IMG/VR virus record: IMGVR_UViG_3300017782_000002
Coordinates: 55,817-119,816 of that record
Direction: 5' to 3' (one strand)
Source of the DNA: a virus
DNA: 64,000 bases
Made by a program: the position numbers and the translations under genes. Shown here piece after piece: positions 57,321 through 64,000 of the stretch (its first letter is position 1; each line of letters begins with the position of its first letter). A model generated the notes under the pieces. The model was not told the DNA's origin. It saw nothing but the letters and a program-made list of their open reading frames with translations, and did no database searches.

Positions 57321-57667
57321 TGTATACTTATAAAGCAAAATTAGACAGAGTAGTAGATGGTGATACCATTGATGCTCACATAAACTTAGGTTTTGATATT
57401 ACTATTCATAAAAGAATAAGATTAGCTGGTATTGATACACCAGAATCTAGAACAAGAGATCTTGAAGAAAAAGCTAGAGGTTTAGCTTCTAAAGATAGGC
57501 TAGTAGAACTGCTAGGAGAAGGAAACTTTGTTTTAGAAAGCAAAGAAGTAGGAAAATACGGAAGAGTATTAGGTACACTACATGTAGAAGATGTTAACGT
57601 AAATCAAACCCTGGTAGAGGAAGGCTTTGCTGTAGAATATTGGGGAGGAAAAAAGAACAAAAAATAA
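57320..57667 (+). CDS. Staphylococcal nuclease (SNase)-like protein
   Basis: RVVDGDTI, IRLAGIDTPE, KYGRVLG and VNQTLVEEGFA. Confidence 0.88.
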   Translation: MYTYKAKLDRVVDGDTIDAHINLGFDITIHKRIRLAGIDTPESRTRDLEEKARGLASKDRLVELLGEGNFVLESKEVGKYGRVLGTLHVEDVNVNQTLVEEGFAVEYWGGKKNKK

Positions 57668-57668
57668 A

Positions 57669-60600
57669 ATGAGAAAACTATTATTTATATTATTAGCAAC
57701 TATAATATCTTGTGTAGCACCAAAAAAATGTTGCTCACAAAATTCTTGGGTAAACTATCAAGTACAATATGATTTTTATGCACCATCAGAATCTAATTTC
57801 TTTATGGTATCTAATGCTAATGGTGATACAGCAATGTTTCATCAACCTACTACTCCTTATGAAACATTAGACACTACAATATTTATAGATTCAGGTTCTT
57901 ACACAGTTACATTAACAGACAGTTACGGAGATGGTTGGATTTCACAACAACCTGCTTTCTTTAGAATGCGTAACTTGTGTCAAGGTATGATAATTAATTG
58001 GGACCCAGTGTTAGGTTCTTTTTTTCTTAGAGATACTACTGTAAACATATTACCTTGTGCCCCACCTGTTTATGGTTGTATGGATCCGCTAGCATTAAAT
58101 TTTGATTCAAATGCTACAATTGATGATGGCTCTTGTATATATCCTCCATGTAATGGTGTTATTAATGACACTGCATTTCAAATGTGTTGGGGTAGTCAAG
58201 CAGCCATTTCTTTTGCATGGGAAACAACTAGCAATAACAATTGTGATGTAGTTAAATTATATTACGGTAGTGAAAGCGGTTATAGTATTACTGTCCCTGG
58301 ACTTTGGCCATCAGGTGGCTGGAGAGATTGGGCTACTGCTGCTGGCCCTGGTCAAATGCCTCCTAACTGGACTGAAGAACATTATTTAGTATTAGAATTT
58401 GCTGACGGTTCTTTAGCAGATACAATGTTTTTTACACCGTATGCTTGTATACCTGGGTGTACAGATCCAACACAACCATCATATAATCCTTGGGCTACTA
58501 TAGACGATGGGTCTTGTTCAGGTACTATATGTGATACAGCAACAGAATATCAAATAACAATGGAGCTTACACTTGACAATTGGCCAGGTGAAACATCATG
58601 GTTAATGAATAGTGGTGGTGTAATAGACAGTGCTATTATAGGTACATATAACTTTAATGATATTGGTCAAACTTTTACATACAATTTTTGTATAGATCAA
58701 GGTGCTGGATTTGAATTAATACTTAATGATTCATACGGAGACGGTTTAGCCGGTTCTACTTCTGGAGGTTCTTTAGATGGTAATGTAGTTATATATGATT
58801 GTAATGGAGATACTATATGGATGCTACCTGATCCTGATTTTGGTTATACTGCTTATTCATCTCCTCTTAATGGCGTACCGTGTAATATAACACCTCCTGT
58901 CTATGGTTGTACAGATGATGATTATGTAGAGTATAATTCTTTAGCAACCGTTGATGACGGTTCATGTTCAACATTACATATTTATGGTTGTACTGACCCA
59001 GCTGCATTTAACTACGACCCTAATGCAACAATACTAGATTTAGTTCCTGATTGTAATTATAGATTAATCTTAGAAGATGACGCTGGAGATGGTTGGGGTA
59101 ATTCTTATTTAGGTATAACACAAGGCCCTATGAGTTGGACTTATACAATAGGTCCTGGTATATATAGTGATACCTTTAATATAATATTAGATTCTGATGT
59201 TCCTGTAAATGTATATTACTTTGAAATAGGAGGACCACAAACTCCACCTGAAGAAGTTCAATTCCAAACATGGCATAATTCTTTTAAATTAATAAATGTT
59301 TATGATGATGTACTATTAGAAGAAGGAACAAATCCTTTTGCTAACAACGGACAAGGAGCACTGCAAGCTTTTGATAGTCCTTTCTGGAACAAATATACAG
59401 CAGTACCAAATTGTGGTGATTACTGCATACCAACAATTTTAGGATGTTTAGACGCAACAGCATTTAATTATATACAACCTGTGGGTGATTCATTAATAGA
59501 TGTAAATACTAGTGATGGATCATGTATGCCTGTACTACTAGGATGCACAAACCCAATTGCATTTAACTATGACTCTTTAGCAAACACAGACGATGGATCA
59601 TGTGTAGCTGAAGTAATAGGATGTATGGATACTGCAGCATTTAATTTTAACCCAGCTGCAAACACAAATGATCCAGCATCATGTATTCCTGTAATATATG
59701 GTTGTATGGATGATACACAATTTAATTACAACCCAGCTGCTAATACAGATGACGGATCTTGTATACCTGTAATCTTTGGATGTACTGACGCATTAGCTTT
59801 TAATTATGACAGCTTGGCTAATACAAACAATAATTCATGTATTCCATTTATATATGGCTGCACCAATCCTGCAGCTCTAAACTATGATCCATTAGCAAAC
59901 ACTGATGATTCAACATGTATAGGGATCATATACGGTTGTACTGATATTACAATGCACAACTATAATCCTTTAGCTAATACTGACAACGGATCATGTATAC
60001 CGTTTATATATGGGTGTACAGATTCAACACAGTTTAATTATGACCCTACAGCAAACACTAACAACGGTACTTGTGTACCATTTATATACGGCTGTACTGA
60101 TCCAAGCGCATTAAATTATGACCCCTTTGCTAATACAGATGATTTTAGCTGTGTTTTACCTATCTATGGGTGTATGGACAGTACAGCCTTTAATTACGAT
60201 CCACTAGCTAATGTGGATAATGGATCTTGTCTGCCAATAATATATGGTTGTACAAATCCTATAGCTTTAAATTACTGTGATACTTGTAACACAGATGACT
60301 TTAGCTGCATACTTCCTATATATGGATGTACAGACAGCACTATGTATAACTATAATCCTCTAGCCAATGTTGACAATAATTCTTGTATACCTTTCATTTA
60401 TGGGTGCACTGACCCTACTATGCTTAACTACAACCCATCCGCTAATACGGAAGACTTTAGTTGTATCTCTTTCATTTACGGTTGTATGGATAGTACTGCT
60501 ATTAACTATGATCCGTTGGCTAATACTGAAAATGGTTCTTGTATTGAAGCAATTGTCGGATGCATGGATCCAAATGCGTGGAACTTTAACCCAGAAGCAA

Positions 60601-61022
60601 ATGTAATATTAGGACATGATTCATTAGGTTGTTTATATGCAGCTAACTGTACTGCAACAGAACCTGGAGAACCATACTTTTTAAATGATGGTTGTTATGC
60701 TTGGGTTATAGATGTAGATGATTATTGTTGTAACAATGAGTGGGATGACATATGTCAAGCTACATACAATTATTGTTCTGATGGTTGGACAGGACCACAA
60801 CCTCCTGCTAGAATTGCTGGAGAAGATATATTTTTATATCCAAATCCAACTAAAGGTCTGTTAAATATTAGTAAAGAAGCAGACATTGAAGTGTATAATC
60901 CTTTAGGTCAAATGATAATAAAGAGAGAAAATATCACTATATTAGATATGAGCACCTTAACTAAAGGTATTTACACCATTAAAATAAATAAATTAATAAC
61001 AAAACAAATAATTAAAAATTAG
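57669..61022 (+). CDS. Signal-peptide protein with ~19 GCxD Cys repeats and a C-terminal T9SS type A sorting domain
   Basis: N-terminus MRKLLFILLATIISC; repeats GC[TM]DxxAxN[YF]xPxANxDDGSC; C-terminus YPNPTKG...YNPLGQ...LDMSTLTKGIYTIKI...KQIIKN. Confidence 0.85.
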   Translation: MRKLLFILLATIISCVAPKKCCSQNSWVNYQVQYDFYAPSESNFFMVSNANGDTAMFHQPTTPYETLDTTIFIDSGSYTVTLTDSYGDGWISQQPAFFRMRNLCQGMIINWDPVLGSFFLRDTTVNILPCAPPVYGCMDPLALNFDSNATIDDGSCIYPPCNGVINDTAFQMCWGSQAAISFAWETTSNNNCDVVKLYYGSESGYSITVPGLWPSGGWRDWATAAGPGQMPPNWTEEHYLVLEFADGSLADTMFFTPYACIPGCTDPTQPSYNPWATIDDGSCSGTICDTATEYQITMELTLDNWPGETSWLMNSGGVIDSAIIGTYNFNDIGQTFTYNFCIDQGAGFELILNDSYGDGLAGSTSGGSLDGNVVIYDCNGDTIWMLPDPDFGYTAYSSPLNGVPCNITPPVYGCTDDDYVEYNSLATVDDGSCSTLHIYGCTDPAAFNYDPNATILDLVPDCNYRLILEDDAGDGWGNSYLGITQGPMSWTYTIGPGIYSDTFNIILDSDVPVNVYYFEIGGPQTPPEEVQFQTWHNSFKLINVYDDVLLEEGTNPFANNGQGALQAFDSPFWNKYTAVPNCGDYCIPTILGCLDATAFNYIQPVGDSLIDVNTSDGSCMPVLLGCTNPIAFNYDSLANTDDGSCVAEVIGCMDTAAFNFNPAANTNDPASCIPVIYGCMDDTQFNYNPAANTDDGSCIPVIFGCTDALAFNYDSLANTNNNSCIPFIYGCTNPAALNYDPLANTDDSTCIGIIYGCTDITMHNYNPLANTDNGSCIPFIYGCTDSTQFNYDPTANTNNGTCVPFIYGCTDPSALNYDPFANTDDFSCVLPIYGCMDSTAFNYDPLANVDNGSCLPIIYGCTNPIALNYCDTCNTDDFSCILPIYGCTDSTMYNYNPLANVDNNSCIPFIYGCTDPTMLNYNPSANTEDFSCISFIYGCMDSTAINYDPLANTENGSCIEAIVGCMDPNAWNFNPEANVILGHDSLGCLYAANCTATEPGEPYFLNDGCYAWVIDVDDYCCNNEWDDICQATYNYCSDGWTGPQPPARIAGEDIFLYPNPTKGLLNISKEADIEVYNPLGQMIIKRENITILDMSTLTKGIYTIKINKLITKQIIKN

Positions 61023-61027
61023 AAACT

Positions 61028-61732
61028 ATGGCAACCTTAAACGCAACGCTCACACTGGCTAGCTCAGATGTGACTACAGATCCATTAAGCTTTACTTTAA
61101 CAAAAGCTTTATCTGTGAAACCACCAAACATTGGTGTATCTAGAGCAGTAGCTCCAATTAATACACCTACAACACTTGTACCAGCTAGTGTTGATAATAA
61201 ATATGCATACGTAAAACACATGTCACTTAAATCTGACGGTACAACTGCTTCTACAAATACAGTAAATATTGCAACTATAGGAGACGGTGCACCTGTTAGA
61301 GAAGTTAGTACAATTACTTTAAATGCTGATTTAGTAGCAAGTAATTCAATAGTAGTAACAGTAGACGGTACAGCTTTATCTGCAATTAATTATGCAACTT
61401 CACATGCAGCTACATTTACCGCAATTGCAACAGCTATTCAAGCAACAGCAGGTGTGTTAACAGCAACAGCAAATGGTAGAGTAATAACCATAACAGGAGC
61501 TAATCCTGGAGATCCTTTTACAATTGCTATGACAATTACTGGAGGAGCTTCTCAACCTTCTTTAGGTGTAACAGAAACTACAGCAGCAAGCGGTGCAGCA
61601 TTTGCTCAATTATCACCAGGTGAATTTGTATTTATACCAGTAAAAGCAGGAGAAGGTTTATCTGCATTAGCTTCAGGTACAGTATCAGCTGATGGTGTAT
61701 TATTAGAATACGCTTACTTTACTAAACAGTAA
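61028..61732 (+). CDS. Putative structural protein (Ala/Thr-rich)
   Basis: Beta-rich; central TATANGRVITITG segment typical of virion proteins. Confidence 0.45.
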   Translation: MATLNATLTLASSDVTTDPLSFTLTKALSVKPPNIGVSRAVAPINTPTTLVPASVDNKYAYVKHMSLKSDGTTASTNTVNIATIGDGAPVREVSTITLNADLVASNSIVVTVDGTALSAINYATSHAATFTAIATAIQATAGVLTATANGRVITITGANPGDPFTIAMTITGGASQPSLGVTETTAASGAAFAQLSPGEFVFIPVKAGEGLSALASGTVSADGVLLEYAYFTKQ

Positions 61733-61736
61733 TAAA

Positions 61737-62777
61737 ATGATTAGACAACTGATATTAATACTACTTTGTTTACCTCTATTTAGTTTTGGCCAATTAGATT
61801 TAAAGAAAACTTTTAAATTTTCTACATTCTATGGTGCAATAAATGGAGGTACATCTATATCAGACGTTGATATATATTCTGTTACAAACGGTCTTGAAAC
61901 TCAAACTATTGAAACCCCGTATGATTATTCAGTATCATTAGGGATACGAAAGATTGCAAGATTTGGATATGAGAACAGAGCTAATACATTTTACGATGGT
62001 ACAGAGACATCATTTTCAGATGCAGCAACGATAGGAAAAGTAAAAGGTTTAGAGTTTTTATTTGAAGCTGACTACCGAAGAGTACAGGGTGTAGAGTACT
62101 TAGATCAACAACACTTTATTAGGTATGTTGAAAACAAATGGCTTACTAAAATAGAATATCTAAGAGATGGTTTTGCAGACATTGAGTATTTTGAAATGTC
62201 TGAAAGATATAAATATGAAGTAAATAATAAGTTATCTTTAAACATAGGGTTAGCACATAGAATTGCTGAGCCATATGGATTTGATCCTCTAGAAGAATGG
62301 AAGCTGAGTAATGGGAATTTGCATTACACATATTTAGCTTTACAAGAAGGATATAATGTTGATGTATTTAACAGTGAATATTATGACCCAGCTGGGAATG
62401 TTGTTGCGACAAGCTCAGAAGTATGGGAAGCCGTAGTTATTCCTGAAGTACTTCAAGATTATACAACTAGAAAAAGAAATAAGCTTCCTTCACAATGGAA
62501 CCATTCTTTAGTTGTAGGATTTGATTATTACTATTACACTAAAACTTTTTGGACACATGCTTGGGCTAACGTTATGCCTTGGCACTATAATGATGGAGGT
62601 GAATACTCTTATTTTAATTTTAATGATGGAAAACAATGGTATGATTATTCTGGTGGATTAATATTTGGAACTAAGATAACTAAACATTTAGGAACATTTG
62701 TTGAAGGTACATATAACAAATATTGGAACAGAACCTGGTATGATTTTAAGCTAGGCATTAACTATATAATATTTTAA
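61737..62777 (+). CDS. Putative outer-membrane beta-barrel protein
   Basis: Signal peptide MIRQLILILLCLPLFSFG-Q; many aromatic amphipathic strands; C-terminal YDFKLGINYIIF ending in Phe (BAM-type signal). Confidence 0.7.
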   Translation: MIRQLILILLCLPLFSFGQLDLKKTFKFSTFYGAINGGTSISDVDIYSVTNGLETQTIETPYDYSVSLGIRKIARFGYENRANTFYDGTETSFSDAATIGKVKGLEFLFEADYRRVQGVEYLDQQHFIRYVENKWLTKIEYLRDGFADIEYFEMSERYKYEVNNKLSLNIGLAHRIAEPYGFDPLEEWKLSNGNLHYTYLALQEGYNVDVFNSEYYDPAGNVVATSSEVWEAVVIPEVLQDYTTRKRNKLPSQWNHSLVVGFDYYYYTKTFWTHAWANVMPWHYNDGGEYSYFNFNDGKQWYDYSGGLIFGTKITKHLGTFVEGTYNKYWNRTWYDFKLGINYIIF

Positions 62778-62779
62778 AA

Positions 62780-62938
62780 ATGAAAATAGATTGGATAAAT
62801 TCTTGGAGACAAGGAAATAAAAAAGACAATATCTATGATGTGTCTATTAGATTAGGAAGATTTACAATACTAGAAATGTATTGCAATCCTGGTGTAGATC
62901 ATAGATTTATAATACTTAATTTTGGATTTAAACTTTAA
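62780..62938 (+). CDS. 52-aa hypothetical protein (not in the ORF track)
   Basis: MKIDWINSWRQGNKK...ILNFGFKL*; TAAAA upstream; tightly packed with its neighbours. Confidence 0.55.
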   Translation: MKIDWINSWRQGNKKDNIYDVSIRLGRFTILEMYCNPGVDHRFIILNFGFKL

Positions 62939-62943
62939 TAACT

Positions 62944-63030
62944 ATGAAAAAAATATTTTGTAAAGTAATAAAAACAATAACTTTTGGTAAAGTTTGTTTA
63001 GGATGGTGCTCAATAAAATGTAGCAAGTAA
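62944..63030 (+). CDS. 28-aa basic Cys-rich peptide (not in the ORF track)
   Basis: MKKIFCKVIKTITFGKVCLGWCSIKCSK*; TAATG overlap with the next gene. Confidence 0.45.
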   Translation: MKKIFCKVIKTITFGKVCLGWCSIKCSK

Positions 63031-63245
63031 TGAATATATTTAAAGATAATAATGATTGGAATGAAAAAAGTATTATAGGAGCTATTGCTTTTGTAATAAT
63101 GGTTCTTGTTATGATATTAGATTTATTAACAGGTTGGTTAGGGAGAGATCTAGCTATTAATGAATTTGTATATGACTCATTTGTTTGGGTTGTTTTAGGA
63201 TGTTTTGGGATAGCTGGTATAGAAAAATTTGCTAATAAGAAATAA
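63030..63245 (+). CDS. Two-TM holin-like membrane protein
   Basis: Two hydrophobic helices and a basic C-terminus (GIEKFANKK). Confidence 0.55.
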   Translation: MNIFKDNNDWNEKSIIGAIAFVIMVLVMILDLLTGWLGRDLAINEFVYDSFVWVVLGCFGIAGIEKFANKK

Positions 63246-63249
63246 TGTT

Positions 63250-63498
63250 ATGGCAGGAGGATTGGACATTGGGAACTTTGCAATATTAAGCAATGCAGGA
63301 GGAGATAAAACATATGAACATGTTCAATCAGCATCATCTGCAACTTGGAGTGTGACTCATGGTTTAGGAAAAAAGCCAAGCGTAACAGTTGTAGATTCAG
63401 CTGGGACAAAAGTAATAGGAGAAGTAGAATACGTTGATGATAATAATGTAACATTAAAGTTTAAATCTACTTTTTCAGGAAAAGCATATTTTAATTAA
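63250..63498 (+). CDS. Small tail-fibre-associated protein
   Basis: HVQSASSATWSVTHGLGKKPSVTVVD...VTLKF...SGKAY pattern common next to phage fibre genes; start MAGG at 63250 preferred. Confidence 0.6.
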   Translation: MAGGLDIGNFAILSNAGGDKTYEHVQSASSATWSVTHGLGKKPSVTVVDSAGTKVIGEVEYVDDNNVTLKFKSTFSGKAYFN

Positions 63499-63517
63499 CA
63501 GATAAAAACAAAAAGAA

Positions 63518-64000
63518 ATGGCAATTAAATTTTTACACGATCTAGATGTCCAAGGAAATATAGATCTTAATGATAATCAAGCATTAAATGCAGTATTACA
63601 GCATTTAACCACAAACCCTTCACCAGAAGAAGGTAAGATATATTACAATACTACTAACAATGTAGTAATGGCTTGTCTTGGTACAACAGCTGCTGACTGG
63701 ACAGAATTATCTTTTGGTGATATAACAGAAGTTGTTAGTGGAACTAGAATTAATGTTACAGGTGGTACTACTGGGGCAGCTACAGTTAATTTAGATTCAG
63801 CTACTGTAACTGAAATTACTGCTAACACTGCAAAAGCAACAAACGTAACTACAAACCTTTCTGAAGGTACAGCTACAAACACAACTGTTGATGTAAATTC
63901 ATCAGACGGTACTAATGCAACATTAGCAGCTGCAAGTACATCAAGAGCAGGTGTAATGACTAAAGCAAAGTTTGATGAGGTTACTGCTAATACTTTAAAA
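63518..64000 (+). CDS. Tail fibre-like protein, 3'-truncated (not in the ORF track)
   Basis: ATG 63518 (MAIKFLHDLDV...EGKIYYNTT...) stays open to the end of the window; Thr/Ala-rich. Confidence 0.65.
   Translation, partial: MAIKFLHDLDVQGNIDLNDNQALNAVLQHLTTNPSPEEGKIYYNTTNNVVMACLGTTAADWTELSFGDITEVVSGTRINVTGGTTGAATVNLDSATVTEITANTAKATNVTTNLSEGTATNTTVDVNSSDGTNATLAAASTSRAGVMTKAKFDEVTANTLK

Noticed and set aside
59440-60640. 78-nt tandem units as a CRISPR array or DGR template/variable repeat
   Set aside because: The units are in-frame protein repeats with synonymous divergence; there are no constant repeat/unique spacer pairs, no A-specific mismatch pattern and no reverse transcriptase in the window.
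1-64000. Stop-codon reassignment, as seen in some crAss-like phages
   Set aside because: Multi-kb ORFs are intact in the standard code and TAG is used as a real stop (e.g. 1275, 6386, 17890, 48155).
1-64000. tRNA or other structured RNA genes
   Set aside because: Intergenic spaces are short and AT-rich; I saw no cloverleaf or T-loop GTTCGA signatures.

Overview
AT-rich (roughly 30-33% GC by eye), gene-dense segment of a large Bacteroidota-infecting phage related to the crAss-like (Crassvirales-type) group. It is read in the standard genetic code and is almost entirely on the + strand. In order: Cys-repeat and FN3 decoration/fibre genes; a metallophosphoesterase; an HU/IHF-like gene; two putative tail ring proteins; a 2516-aa muzzle/tail-stabilisation protein with an inserted vWA domain; three modular virion cargo proteins punctuated by [YFM]xxGG motifs, carrying lytic-transglycosylase-like, GNAT and pre-toxin-TG-like cassettes; a 1047-aa ejection protein; a 4887-aa virion RNA polymerase (DFDID catalytic motif plus a zincin domain) and an 1800-aa partner; a SET-domain gene; a minus-strand class II ribonucleotide reductase; an SprB-repeat adhesin-like protein; and lysis genes (holin-like, M15 peptidase). 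An unusual envelope cluster follows: a 23-aa CDGSH peptide missed by the ORF track, an exported Cys-less thioredoxin-fold protein, an SNase-like nuclease, a T9SS-sorted repeat protein and an outer-membrane beta-barrel. The window ends in tail-fibre-like genes. Two promoter classes are visible: the host TAnnTTTG type and a variant TT(T/A)GTA(T/A)ATTAT before structural operons. All protein calls come from reading motifs by eye; no database searches were run.
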